In this document: positions 38,338 through 48,840 of the stretch, piece after piece
How the letters are laid out: every line of letters starts with the position of its first letter
Position numbering within the stretch: position 1 is the stretch's first letter
DNA from: Desulfobacterales bacterium
GTDB taxonomy: Bacteria > Desulfobacterota > Desulfobacteria > Desulfobacterales > UBA5616
NCBI GenBank assembly: GCA_046483495.1
Contig: JAWODC010000040.1
Span: forward strand, 32,001-96,000
DNA length: 64,000 nt
Direction of reading: 5' to 3'
Notes under the pieces: generated by a model
The model's input: the letters and a program-made list of their open reading frames with translations, nothing else
Told to the model about the DNA's origin: nothing
Databases searched by the model: none
Made by a program: the position numbers and the translations under genes

Positions 38338-38775
38338 ATGCCATTGAATTTAGAGCAAACACAGCGCGAAAACCGGCGTATTTTAGATCGATCCAAGGGC
38401 CGGGAGGATGCTCCGGCACGATTTGCACTTGTAGTGGAAGACAATGAAGGACTGCGGGATCTTCTTGCCCGGGCGCTTGAACTGGTTGGATTCGAGGTAA
38501 AGAAGGCTGAAAACGGGCGGACGGCTTATGATTTTTTCCTCGAGAGCCGGTACGACCTCGTGGTGACGGATTTGCATATGCCGGTCATGAACGGCTTTGC
38601 CCTGATCAACAGGATCAAAACCCGATCGCCGGATGTGCCGATTATTCTGGTCAGTGGCCATTTATTGGACGACTTGTCCGAAATCGGCGGACCTTCAGCC
38701 GTGGCAACCGTCATGAAAAAGCCCTTCCAGCTTTCCGAACTCCAGAAGACGGCACTTCGTGTCGTGGCGTCTTAA
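38338..38775 (+). CDS. single-domain response regulator
   Basis: VVEDN, TDLHMPVMNG, VSG, KPF. Confidence 0.9.
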   Translation: MPLNLEQTQRENRRILDRSKGREDAPARFALVVEDNEGLRDLLARALELVGFEVKKAENGRTAYDFFLESRYDLVVTDLHMPVMNGFALINRIKTRSPDVPIILVSGHLLDDLSEIGGPSAVATVMKKPFQLSELQKTALRVVAS

Positions 38776-38811
38776 GCAATTGCATCCATATGAAATGCCG
38801 GGTACGGGTGC

Positions 38812-39666
38812 TTATCGAATCAAAAAGACCGGGTTGGCGATCTCATCCACCAGACCGCAGAGCCGTTCTCCTGCGAACCAGTCTTCAAGACAGGGGATAA
38901 TTACGGGACCGGCGGTTTCATAACGAATGTGGGCGGCCAATACGGTCAAGGAAGGGCGGACGAGCGGCCTCAGCCGGACCTTGATGTCGGGCGCCTGCAA
39001 CTGTTCGGCGGCCTGGTGCCGATACCGTTCAACTTCCTCGCTGCTGTTCCCGATGATGAATACAAGTAATGGCGTTTCGTGGGATTTGGCAAGGTATACA
39101 GCCGTATCCAGCGTCTTTACGGCGGTTTGGGTTCCATCATAGACAGCGGCAACCGGTGATTTAGAAAATGCCACACGCGTTTGCATCACCAGCGTCATCC
39201 CGATGCGCTGCATCAAGAGCGCCCGAACAGTGGACCCCGAGCGGTGAATGCCCGGCAATGACCTGCCGATTTTCCCGAGAACGACCAAATCCGCGGTCGC
39301 CCCTGCATTGAGAACCTCGGTACCCACCGCGCCCCGGACGGTTTTAAATTCCCACGGCACCCCGAGCCGTTCGGCGGTTTGAGCCAGCCTGTTCCGAATT
39401 CGTGCCGCCTGGACGCGCAGTTGAAGTTCCATATCATGTGTATTGATTCGGCGCGTCCGGTCCGAATAAAAGCTGACTTCCCTGGCAAACGGCAATTGGG
39501 CCAGACGCAGCAGGTTGATGTCCTCTACAAACAGCCCCAGCACCTCGGACTTGAAACGAGCAGCCAGTTCCAAAGCGGTTTGCATGGCATTCATGCTCGA
39601 TGTGGAAGCGTCCAGTGCCACCATGATTCGTTGAATGGGTGAATGGCGCGGTTTTTCTTCACTCAT
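38812..39666 (-). CDS. universal stress protein (tandem USP)
   Basis: RIMVALDAS, GLFVED, ADLVVLG, GSTVR, NPVFLIR. Confidence 0.85.
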   Translation of the reverse strand: MSEEKPRHSPIQRIMVALDASTSSMNAMQTALELAARFKSEVLGLFVEDINLLRLAQLPFAREVSFYSDRTRRINTHDMELQLRVQAARIRNRLAQTAERLGVPWEFKTVRGAVGTEVLNAGATADLVVLGKIGRSLPGIHRSGSTVRALLMQRIGMTLVMQTRVAFSKSPVAAVYDGTQTAVKTLDTAVYLAKSHETPLLVFIIGNSSEEVERYRHQAAEQLQAPDIKVRLRPLVRPSLTVLAAHIRYETAGPVIIPCLEDWFAGERLCGLVDEIANPVFLIR

Positions 39667-39708
39667 GCGTGTGCCGCCTTTTTTGAAAGTTGGTTGATCT
39701 CATCATGA

Positions 39709-42180
39709 TCATTTTCCCGAAACCGTCTCGAGATCCTTTTCTTCCGAGGCCTGCCGGGCAAAACGAATGCGTTTGTCGGCAAATTCCTTTAGCCGCCGAT
39801 GCACCAATTCGTTAAACGTGTCTTTTGGATACGAGCCGGCTTCATCCGGTTCGCCGGCCGTCATGCCGGTCAGAATTTCAATGCCCTGATCGATGGTCTT
39901 CACGGCATAAATATGAAAATCACCGGCTTCAACGGCATGGATGACATCCTGGCGAAGCATCAGGTGCTGCATATTGGAAGCCGGAATGAGAACGCCCTGT
40001 TCTCCGGTAAGGCCTTTGGCCCGGCAAACATCATAAAACCCCTCGATCTTTTCATTTGCGCCGCCGATCGGCTGAACCTGCCCGTACTGGTTGACGGAAC
40101 CGGTAATTGCCAGGGACTGGCGGATGGGGACATCGGCAATGGCCGAGAGCAGTGCATACAGTTCGGCGGAAGAAGCGCTGTCTCCTTCGACGCCGCCGTA
40201 GGATTGTTCGAACACAAGGCTTGCGGAAAGGGACATGGGGATATTCAAGGCATACCGGCCGCCGAGAAAACCGGATAAAATCAATACACCCTTCGAATGA
40301 ATCGGACCCCCCATGGCGACTTCCCGCTCGATATCCATGACTTCTCCTTTGCCGAGGCGAATGCGCGCCGTAATTCGGTTGGGGCGGCCGAAAGCGAATT
40401 CTCCCAGGGAAATTACGGAAAGCCCGTTCACTTGTCCGACGCGGGATCCTTCGGTGTCGATAAATACGATATCCCGCTCGATTTGCTCCTGCATCCGTTC
40501 GCGCAATCTGTCCGATCGGTAAATCCAGGCATCCACCGCTTTCTGCACATGCTCTGCTTCAACGGCTGACCGTCCGTTCTGTCGGGCCCAGTAATCGGCT
40601 TCACGCAGCAGGTTGCTGATGCTCACGATGTGAAGCGTGATTTTTTCGGCGTCTCCTGCCAACCTGCTGCCGCGCTCGATAACCCGGCTGACGGCGTCCC
40701 GTTTGAACGGCAATAAATTTTCATGCCGCACGATTCCTGCCAGTAATCGAACGAATTCATGCTCGTTCTGCCGGTTTCGGTCCATCTGCTGAGCAAAATC
40801 AACCGGCACCTTGAACAGGTCGCTGAAATCAGGATCATAATGGCGAATCATGTAGTAAAGAAGCGGTATGCCGGTGAGCACGACCTTTATCGTGATCGGC
40901 AATGCTTCCGGTTCGAGCGATACCGTGCTGATCAAGCTGTACATCTGTCCGATGGATTCGATTTTCAGGTTTCCCGACTGCAGTGTGCGTTTCAATCCTT
41001 CCCAGGCAAACGGCTCACGGACAACTTTAAGGGCATCCAAAATCAGGTATCCGCCGTTGGCTTTATGAAGAGCACCGGGGCGGATCATGTTGAAATCCGT
41101 TATCAGAGCACCCATTTGGGCTAAATGTTCGACCCGCCCGAAAAGATTCTGGTACGTCGGATTCTCCTCATAGACCACCGGCGCTCCTTTGCTTTTGCTG
41201 TGATCCACGAGTACATTGATGTGATAACGGCGTTCAGCCGGATTTTCAGTCCCCCCCTCCGTTCCCGGTGAACCCTGGAACATCTGCTGAAGCTGCTGCT
41301 GCTGCCCCTGCTGCAATTGAGGGAAAAGATCCCGCACATTTTCGATCAGGTCATTCCGAACCGATTCGAGATAGCTCCGGACGGCCTCGTGATCGGCATA
41401 TTTTTTCTGAAGTTCATTGACCAGCGGATTTATGGTATATTGCGTCACTTCCCGGTTGAATGCTTTTTGTTTTTCCCGAACTTCGCGCTGCCACTGAGGG
41501 ATGTTCTGCGCCACACGCTGCGCCTCTTTTTGCATTTCCTCGGCATTTTCCTCGAGGCTTCGTTTTTCCTCGTCTGACAGCTGCTCGTATTCCTCCTTGG
41601 AAATGCCTTCTTCCGTTCCCGGTTTTGCCGGTATGAAGGCAAGACCGCTGGGAGTGGGCACGGCTACCAGATTTCTCTCCCTGGCTTTTCTGCGCAGGTC
41701 CTCGAAAATCTGGCGCTGTTTTTCCTGCAGTTCCTGAACAATGGATTGGGCGCGGTTCTGGTATTCTTCATTCTCGAGGGCAGCCTGCATGGCATTCTTG
41801 ACATCTTCCACCAAGCGTTTCATATCCTCGGCCAGGGCTTTACCCTGTCCGGCCGCCAGCGTGAGCAGCCGCGGTGCATGCCGCTTTTCGAAATTCATGA
41901 CATAACAGATGTCCTGCGGAACCGGTTCATGCAGGGCACGGCGCTCCAGGAAATCACGAATAAATGCGTGCTTTCCCGTACCCTGCTCGCCCAGGGCGAA
42001 AATGTTGTAGCCTTCCTGCTGAATACCGATGCCGAAATGCAGGGCCTGTTCGGCGCGAGGTTGGCCGATGACGGATGTGGCAGGTGAGATATGGTCGAAA
42101 TCATCCGTAGTCGTAAACGGCAAATCATCAAGCCGGCATTCTTGGTACAACTGGTTCGATTTTAATTCCGTTTCGTGCAT
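39709..42180 (-). CDS. Lon-like protease (LonC/AAA_32 + S16 protease domain)
   Basis: GEQGTGK, GALHKANGGYL, GQVNGL, EGDSAS (Ser), GGANEK (Lys). Confidence 0.92.
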   Translation of the reverse strand: MHETELKSNQLYQECRLDDLPFTTTDDFDHISPATSVIGQPRAEQALHFGIGIQQEGYNIFALGEQGTGKHAFIRDFLERRALHEPVPQDICYVMNFEKRHAPRLLTLAAGQGKALAEDMKRLVEDVKNAMQAALENEEYQNRAQSIVQELQEKQRQIFEDLRRKARERNLVAVPTPSGLAFIPAKPGTEEGISKEEYEQLSDEEKRSLEENAEEMQKEAQRVAQNIPQWQREVREKQKAFNREVTQYTINPLVNELQKKYADHEAVRSYLESVRNDLIENVRDLFPQLQQGQQQQLQQMFQGSPGTEGGTENPAERRYHINVLVDHSKSKGAPVVYEENPTYQNLFGRVEHLAQMGALITDFNMIRPGALHKANGGYLILDALKVVREPFAWEGLKRTLQSGNLKIESIGQMYSLISTVSLEPEALPITIKVVLTGIPLLYYMIRHYDPDFSDLFKVPVDFAQQMDRNRQNEHEFVRLLAGIVRHENLLPFKRDAVSRVIERGSRLAGDAEKITLHIVSISNLLREADYWARQNGRSAVEAEHVQKAVDAWIYRSDRLRERMQEQIERDIVFIDTEGSRVGQVNGLSVISLGEFAFGRPNRITARIRLGKGEVMDIEREVAMGGPIHSKGVLILSGFLGGRYALNIPMSLSASLVFEQSYGGVEGDSASSAELYALLSAIADVPIRQSLAITGSVNQYGQVQPIGGANEKIEGFYDVCRAKGLTGEQGVLIPASNMQHLMLRQDVIHAVEAGDFHIYAVKTIDQGIEILTGMTAGEPDEAGSYPKDTFNELVHRRLKEFADKRIRFARQASEEKDLETVSGK

Positions 42181-42450
42181 GGTGTTATCCCTTTTTGTTG
42201 TTGGCGGTTAATGGATTCAAACGTAATATACTGTACGATTACCTGCCATGGGCATGTCTGTGTATTTGCCGGATCGATACTGTGTATGACCCACGCGGTT
42301 TCACCCGTCTTAGAATGGGTTTCAAAACCTCTCCTCAGGTCTGATATCGGCATTGGGAGGAAGGATTAAATGCTCAACGTTATGTATCCTGCGCTTGAAT
42401 CCTTCCCCCCTTGATTTTGGATCTGATTGAAGATTTTGAAACCGTTTCTA

Positions 42451-43131
42451 CTATTCATTCTTTTTGATAAACGGTATACGGATTTCACCAAACCGTTCTC
42501 CTTCCGCCTGCACCAATTCCATTTGAAATACGTACTGCGGGGCATCTCCGATTTTCTGAAAGTAGAGAAACCCGGATGCTTCGGCGCCGTCTTTTAAAAC
42601 ACCTTCCGGGATGGCGTTGTCCAGCATTTCCCGCGTGGGCAGGCTGATTTCACGCCAGCACGTGTAGTAATGATCGAAGTAAAAGGGATCATAGTAAAAA
42701 GGGTACCGATACAAGTGCATGTAAGGATAGAACCGATGGTAATGAGGTGCGACATAAAATCCCGGGCAGGCAAACCGGGATCGCATGGCAGGCTCGTAGA
42801 TTGTGCCTTCAACGGAATAGGGCGGAAGTGCTGAATACAGCTCACCGGTACCGCTCGTCAAGGAGAATAAATTGTAGCTTATTTTGAGTGGGGCGCCGGA
42901 GCGGTTGGTAATATTGACCCTGAACGGGGTAACATGCTCCCTTACCTGTTCTTTGCCTTCCCATGCTCTGCCCGAAGCTGCGACATGCACCCCTTTTACC
43001 TGTTGACCCGCGGTTGCATCCTCGATCTGCAGAGAAGGATCGGGAACGAGAACCGGCATTCGGGCGCATCCGACGATCATCAAGCATACGAATACGGCAC
43101 ATACTTTTATTTGGCTTATTTGGCTGTTCAT
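42451..43131 (-). CDS. hypothetical lipoprotein
   Basis: Lipobox IVGC, Tyr/Pro-rich segment, GFLYFQ. Confidence 0.75.
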   Translation of the reverse strand: MNSQISQIKVCAVFVCLMIVGCARMPVLVPDPSLQIEDATAGQQVKGVHVAASGRAWEGKEQVREHVTPFRVNITNRSGAPLKISYNLFSLTSGTGELYSALPPYSVEGTIYEPAMRSRFACPGFYVAPHYHRFYPYMHLYRYPFYYDPFYFDHYYTCWREISLPTREMLDNAIPEGVLKDGAEASGFLYFQKIGDAPQYVFQMELVQAEGERFGEIRIPFIKKNE

Positions 43132-43348
43132 CTTGTTCTTCCCTCAGTCTAAATACTCCGTTCCTACCCTTGTTGCGGGGCCTCTCCGTTACGGATCAGG
43201 CTTTTTTCGTTTATGATTATGTCTGATTTATGCACCGGATAAAGGATAGCCCCCATACCATGGGTCACGCAATCAGCATATTATTCATCCCAGGGTCGAC
43301 GGGCGGCTTCCCCGTCGGCTTTCTGCATGGTTTTACGGAGGAAACGAT

Positions 43349-43561
43349 ATGACGGAACATGAAAAAACGACCGATTGCCCCGAGTGCCGTGGAACGGGTT
43401 TGATCCAGGCGGTAAACTGCAGCAAATGCAATGGGAGCGGTAAAATTCTGATTCATTCGCATCCTCACCGACATGGTGAAAATGTGCATGACCATCCGCA
43501 TTCTCATTCGTCCGGACACAACATGAACGATGAAGTGCCGCACGACCACCGGCACGAGTGA
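43349..43561 (+). CDS. small His-rich protein with DnaJ-type CxxCxGxG zinc finger
   Basis: SD ggagg; CPECRGTG, CSKCNGSG, HxH repeats. Confidence 0.75.
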   Translation: MTEHEKTTDCPECRGTGLIQAVNCSKCNGSGKILIHSHPHRHGENVHDHPHSHSSGHNMNDEVPHDHRHE

Positions 43562-43626
43562 CGAGAACAGAACATGCGGAAGAAGCGAAATCGCTACACC
43601 GGGTTTTTCGAATGGGGCGTTTGCGG

Positions 43627-44205
43627 TCACGGCAACTCCACCTCTTCGGGTGTTTTCGGTCCGGCGGGCGTTGAATAGATGCCCCAACCCGATGCTCCGC
43701 CGCGTGGATGCTCTTCGGGAGGGGAGTAGGACGGCTTTGCCGCCAACGCCTCTTTGCCGCCGGGTAGGACCACTATTCGATCCGATTCCCAAGGGAGTTT
43801 CTCTTCGGTTCCCTCCGGCGTCCGGATCGTTCGATACGTCCACTGCGTTTCGAACTCAAGGCTGCCGATATCCAGTGCGATCATTTTTTCACCGATATCC
43901 AGGAATCCCCCCGTCGCAACGACGATGTGATGGATTTTACCCTGAGCCGTAAAAAGAATGTCCTCGATCTCCGCGATTTGTTCCCCCTGCGGGTTATTGA
44001 CGGCACTGCCTAAAAGATCGGAGGCACTGAGAATGGTCGGTTGATCCGCGGCATTCGAAGGCTTTTCTTTTGCTGTTTTCTCTGCGTCGGCGTTTTGTGC
44101 CGACAAAGGGGCGGAAAACGCAGCCAAAAAAAGTCCGATGCATAAAAATACAAGGAGGATAGTGTACTTACCGTTTTTGCAGGCTTTTTTCTGATGAAGT
44201 TTCAT
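43627..44205 (-). CDS. PRC-barrel domain exported protein
   Basis: Signal peptide, ASDLLGSAVNNPQGEQIAEIEDI, GGFLDIGEK. Confidence 0.85.
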   Translation of the reverse strand: MKLHQKKACKNGKYTILLVFLCIGLFLAAFSAPLSAQNADAEKTAKEKPSNAADQPTILSASDLLGSAVNNPQGEQIAEIEDILFTAQGKIHHIVVATGGFLDIGEKMIALDIGSLEFETQWTYRTIRTPEGTEEKLPWESDRIVVLPGGKEALAAKPSYSPPEEHPRGGASGWGIYSTPAGPKTPEEVELP

Positions 44206-44242
44206 AGTCAATCTCCAGTGGGTGGTTGTGCAGTAATTCATG

Positions 44243-45367
44243 TCACCGTGACTTGCTCATCAGGGCATGCCGCATGACATTGAGCTTGTTGGCCGCTCCG
44301 GCAAGACGATAGGCACTGACGAAATAGTGCAAAAATGTAGCCAATGATCCGCTCACCTTTTTGCCCAGAAATGTGCCGCAGGAATTCCAATTCGCCATCG
44401 GTATAAAGAAACCGTAATCCACCGGCTTAAATGCAGCAAGTCCTTGACCTCGCATACTCCTGAGTATGTTTTCGGCGGCATGGCTCCCTTGCCTTACGGC
44501 CATTTGCGCAGCCATTCGCGGGCAGTTGCCCTGAGAAGGGTAACAGCCGGTATTGCCGACGGCATAGGCGTTTTCGGAGAATCGAAGAAAGGCATCCGTG
44601 GATATTCGCCCCTGGGATTCTTTGGGCGTGTCGAGCCGGTCGACGATCCCGGGCGCCTTCATGCCGGCGCTCCAGATGAGGAGTGCATTTTTAAACGTGT
44701 TTCCATCGGAAAGTGTCACCTCCCTGTTTTCTATGCCGTTTACCCGTGTTTCCAGGAGAATGTCGATGTTCCAGTTTGCCAGGTTGTTGCGTGTATAGGC
44801 CTTCATCCAGTCAGGCACCGGGCCGAGGATGGAATCAGCCATTTCAACAATGGTTACGGATTTGTTTTGATGATGCACCTGGAGATGCTTTCGGATGTGG
44901 GTTGCAACTTCCACGCCGGTATATCCGCCGCCGCAAACTACGAATGTGTCATAGCCGCCCCGGCTTACGGCATATGCGATCCTGTCGCCGTCATATACAT
45001 CATCGAGTTTCAAGGCTTTTTCCTTTAATGGATCGTTTCCGTAGAAATTGGTTTCCGAGCCGGTTGCCATGATCAGATAATCGTAAGGAATCGTTTCCTT
45101 TTTCGCCGTTACAAGCCCCTGCTCGAGTTCGATTCGGGACACTTCATCGAGAACGAACCGGAAACCGTAAGCATGACGATACGCTTCTATCGGGTACACC
45201 ATATGTCGGATGGGAATCGACCGGCTGATGATATCGGGCAACAGCGGCTTGAAATGCATGGTTTCGAATCGGTTGATCAAGGTGACATCCACAGCGGGCA
45301 GATGGGAAAGTCCTTTTGCGGCCGCCAGCCCGCCGAAACCGCCTCCGACAATCACAACCCGTTTCAT
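44243..45367 (-). CDS. NDH-2-like FAD-dependent pyridine nucleotide oxidoreductase
   Basis: VVIVGGGFGG, YDYLIMATG, GGGYTGVE, AQMAVRQG. Confidence 0.9.
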   Translation of the reverse strand: MKRVVIVGGGFGGLAAAKGLSHLPAVDVTLINRFETMHFKPLLPDIISRSIPIRHMVYPIEAYRHAYGFRFVLDEVSRIELEQGLVTAKKETIPYDYLIMATGSETNFYGNDPLKEKALKLDDVYDGDRIAYAVSRGGYDTFVVCGGGYTGVEVATHIRKHLQVHHQNKSVTIVEMADSILGPVPDWMKAYTRNNLANWNIDILLETRVNGIENREVTLSDGNTFKNALLIWSAGMKAPGIVDRLDTPKESQGRISTDAFLRFSENAYAVGNTGCYPSQGNCPRMAAQMAVRQGSHAAENILRSMRGQGLAAFKPVDYGFFIPMANWNSCGTFLGKKVSGSLATFLHYFVSAYRLAGAANKLNVMRHALMSKSR

Positions 45368-45649
45368 ACCGCCTCCAGTTCCAAAGATAGATTCATAAAG
45401 ACTTTCAGACTGTCAGAATTTTTCCAGAATTTTTTGGATAAGGCTATACGGTAAATCCCCCAGCCGAATTTCCGGACCCGGGTATTTTTTTAAGCATTTC
45501 GATGTATCTGAAGCTGCATCGGATTACCGTTTCATAATGCGTCAAATGGAGCATTCCCCGTATGGCAGCCGTTGCGGTATTCAAGATAGGGATATAAAAG
45601 CGGCGAAAGACGAAAAGTTCGAAACATAACCGAGGAGCGACAGAGAAAA

Positions 45650-46915
45650 ATGGCGGAACTGATCCTGTACAACCAGTTGGTCAAGGGAATGCATGCTTTC
45701 ACCCCCCGCGAAAAGGGGCGCGTCAAGCTCTTTACCTGCGGACCCAGCGTATACCGGCGCCAGCATCTGGGAAATTACCGTACATACCTGTTTGAAGACG
45801 TTTTGCATAAATACTTGGAATACAAAGGCCTCGAGGTCAATCGGGTGATCAACTTCACCGACATCGAGGATAAAGCCATTCGAGAGGCCCGAGAGAAAGG
45901 CACCAGTGTCGAAAACCTCAGGCGACCCGTAGAAGAGGCTTTTTTCAACGAATGCGCTATGCTGAAGATTCGCCTGCCGGAAAATATTCCGCGCGCCTCC
46001 ACAAGTGTGCATTCCGCCGTGGACCTTATTGAAAGCCTGATCGACAGGGGCCATGCCTATTGGCATAAAGGGGAGGCTTTTTATGATCCCTTGACCTTTC
46101 CGGGCTTTGGAAGGATTTATGGCCTGGACATGAGCCGCTGGCCTGAAAAGAAGATCCGTTTCCGGCAGGACACGTATCCCGGCCAACGGTGGAACTTGGG
46201 TGATTTCATTCTCTGGCACAAACAAAAAAATGTCGAAGCGGAACCCTTCTGGGATACCGAAATCGGCCGCGGCCGTCCGGCCTGGAATATCCAGGATGCG
46301 GCGATGATCCGGAAGCAGCTCGGATTCGAGATCGATATCCACACCGGCGGCATCGACAATCTTTTTCGGCATCATGACTACACCATGTCCATCATGGAGG
46401 GTGCATCCGGAAAACGGTTCTGCCCTTGGTGGCTGCATGGCGGTCACCTGCTCGTAAACGGCCGAAAAATGTCAAAATCAACTGGGAATGTCGTCTACCC
46501 TGAACACTGCATGGATCAGGGATTTGCACCCCGGCATATCCGGTTTTTCCTTCTGTACGGTCCCTATCGGGACAAGCTGGATATGCGCGATTCCGTTATG
46601 CATGAACGGGCCGGATATCTGGATCGCGTGCGGCGCCTGGTTCACAGACTATGCACCGGCGTTGCCGAACGCGCCGGGAAATGCGATGCACATCCGGCCG
46701 CGGATGTAAAAGCCGCCTTCGAGTCGGGCATGGACAACAATCTCGATGTTGCCGGAGCTTTCGATGCAATGACGGATCAGCTGATCCGGGCGGTGCATAT
46801 CGATGCGTCGACAGGCATCGACTCCCGGAAGCGAGAGGCGCTTCGCACTGCACTATCGGATGTGGATAAGGTGTTTTGCGTACTCAACATCGACTCGTCA
46901 GACGGGATGAAATAA
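45650..46915 (+). CDS. cysteinyl-tRNA synthetase-like protein (divergent paralog, lacks the anticodon-binding domain)
   Basis: TCGPSVY, HLGN, NFTDIEDK, DFILW, GRPAWNIQD, DIHTGGID, KMSKS, DALR-like region. Confidence 0.88.
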   Translation: MAELILYNQLVKGMHAFTPREKGRVKLFTCGPSVYRRQHLGNYRTYLFEDVLHKYLEYKGLEVNRVINFTDIEDKAIREAREKGTSVENLRRPVEEAFFNECAMLKIRLPENIPRASTSVHSAVDLIESLIDRGHAYWHKGEAFYDPLTFPGFGRIYGLDMSRWPEKKIRFRQDTYPGQRWNLGDFILWHKQKNVEAEPFWDTEIGRGRPAWNIQDAAMIRKQLGFEIDIHTGGIDNLFRHHDYTMSIMEGASGKRFCPWWLHGGHLLVNGRKMSKSTGNVVYPEHCMDQGFAPRHIRFFLLYGPYRDKLDMRDSVMHERAGYLDRVRRLVHRLCTGVAERAGKCDAHPAADVKAAFESGMDNNLDVAGAFDAMTDQLIRAVHIDASTGIDSRKREALRTALSDVDKVFCVLNIDSSDGMK

Positions 46916-46986
46916 AATCGGCGGCCGTTGGTAATGACCCCGTACAGGAATTCGAAACAGATCGGTGCAGCAGGCTTAAAAACAGC

Positions 46987-47895
46987 ATGAATATTATCGA
47001 GGTGCGGAATACCGTGAAGCGCTTCGGCGGCTTTGCCGCCGTTGACGGCATTAGTTTTCATGTGAAAAGCGGCGAGTTCTTCGGCGTCCTCGGCCCGAAC
47101 GGAGCGGGCAAAACATCGGCCATTCGAATGATCTATGGCTTCTCGCCCGTGACCAGCGGAGAAATGCGCGTTTTCGGCCTCGACATCAGGACCGATTGGC
47201 GGACGATTCGTTCGCGTCTGGGGGTATGCCAGCAGGAAAACACGCTGGACCCGGACTTGACGGTTGAACAGAATCTTTTGCTGTATGCACGATATTTTGA
47301 AATGAAACGGTCACGGGCCCGGATGCGCTCTGCGGAACTGCTTCAGTTTTTTGCGCTTACCCATAAACGCAACGCAAAAGTCATGGAACTGTCGGGCGGA
47401 CTGGCACGACGGCTTCAACTCGCACGGGCGATGATGCCGGAGCCCGAACTGCTGATTTTAGACGAGCCGACAACGGGGCTCGATCCGCAGTCCAGGCACC
47501 AGGTGTGGGATAGGCTTTTCGGACTCAAAAAGCAGGGACTGACCATGCTGCTGACGACCCACTACATGGATGAAGCCGAAAGTCTTTGTGACCGGCTTCT
47601 GATCATGGATCACGGAAAGATCATTGCCGAGGGCCGGCCGCAGGAGCTGATCACCGATCACGCGGGCGAGAGTGTCATCGAGATTCATGGTCCGAGTAAA
47701 GAGCTCAAAGCCTTTATTCGTGACCGCAGCGTGATTCATGATGATCTGGGTGAACGAATGATTATCTACACAGAGGCCCAAGGCGAATTGGAGCATGAGA
47801 TCCGCCGAACGTACTGCATGGAATCATGTATCTTTCGCGCGGGGAATCTTGAGGACGTCTTTCTCCGTTTAACCGGAAGGGAGCTGCGCGAATGA
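46987..47895 (+). CDS. ABC exporter ATP-binding protein (NodI-like)
   Basis: GPNGAGKT, LSGG, LILDEPTTGLDPQ, TTHYMDEAE. Confidence 0.93.
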   Translation: MNIIEVRNTVKRFGGFAAVDGISFHVKSGEFFGVLGPNGAGKTSAIRMIYGFSPVTSGEMRVFGLDIRTDWRTIRSRLGVCQQENTLDPDLTVEQNLLLYARYFEMKRSRARMRSAELLQFFALTHKRNAKVMELSGGLARRLQLARAMMPEPELLILDEPTTGLDPQSRHQVWDRLFGLKKQGLTMLLTTHYMDEAESLCDRLLIMDHGKIIAEGRPQELITDHAGESVIEIHGPSKELKAFIRDRSVIHDDLGERMIIYTEAQGELEHEIRRTYCMESCIFRAGNLEDVFLRLTGRELRE

Positions 47896-48683
47896 ACCGG
47901 GTCGATTTTGCCGCCATATCGCTTCGCTTTCGGCATGTCTGGTTCAGGAACCTGATTACTTACCGCCGCATCTGGCGGGTCAACTTCCTGGTGCCGCTGC
48001 TGGAGCCCGGGTTTTACATTCTGGCCTTCGGGCTGGGGTTTTCCGGGCTGATCGGCAATGTATCCTATGCCGGTCTTCGATTGGAGTATACGCAATTCAT
48101 GGCCCCTGCTCTGGTGGCCACGGCCTGCATGTGGAACTCCTTTTTCGAGACGTCCTACACGTCTTTTGTACGCATGTACTACCAAAAGACATTCGACGGC
48201 ATTTTAGCCACCCCCATGAGTTTGGAAGAGATCATCATAGCGGAAATTGTATGGGCCGCATCAAAAGCGGCGGCCGCGGTGACCGTGATGCTGGCCGTAC
48301 TCGTCCCCATAGGGTATGCAATGTTTCCATGGGCGCTTATGTGCATTCCGCTGGCCTTTTTGGGCGGGTTGGCCTTTGGGGCCATCGGCATGTATTTTAC
48401 CGGAATCATTCCAACCATTGATATGTTCAATCTGCCGATCTTCTTATTCATTACACCGATGTTTCTGTTTTCGGGCACGTTTTTCCCTGTCTCGGGCATC
48501 CCGGATTGGGCCGGGATCTTTTCACTGGTGTTCCCATTGTACCACCTTGTGGAATTGACGCGCTTTTTCTGTATCGGGGCGATGGAGTCCAATCCCTTCT
48601 TCAATGTATTTTACCTGTTCATCTTTACCCTGTTATTCGGATTTCTGGCCCTTATTTCCATGAAACGGCGATTGATTCAGTAG
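47892..48683 (+). CDS. ABC-2 exporter permease (NodJ-like)
   Basis: LLEP, YQKTFDGILATP, PMFLFSGTFFP, PLYH; ATGA overlap with the ATPase. Confidence 0.92.
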   Translation: MNRVDFAAISLRFRHVWFRNLITYRRIWRVNFLVPLLEPGFYILAFGLGFSGLIGNVSYAGLRLEYTQFMAPALVATACMWNSFFETSYTSFVRMYYQKTFDGILATPMSLEEIIIAEIVWAASKAAAAVTVMLAVLVPIGYAMFPWALMCIPLAFLGGLAFGAIGMYFTGIIPTIDMFNLPIFLFITPMFLFSGTFFPVSGIPDWAGIFSLVFPLYHLVELTRFFCIGAMESNPFFNVFYLFIFTLLFGFLALISMKRRLIQ

Positions 48684-48840
48684 GAGGAGGCGTTCGGGAC
48701 AGAAAGCGTTTCAGGCGGAAAACCGGCACATCCGCTATTCCGGAGGGGTATGCGTTATCGGATTAAGGTTGATTTTTCTGCACCGGTGTGGAAGTAATTT
48801 CAATGTGATTAAACCGAATCCATTCGACAGGCCTTCACAA

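Noticed and set aside
43150..43340. Possible NiCo or cobalamin riboswitch before the His-rich gene
   Set aside because: Conserved core motifs are not recognisable; only a generic hairpin is supported.
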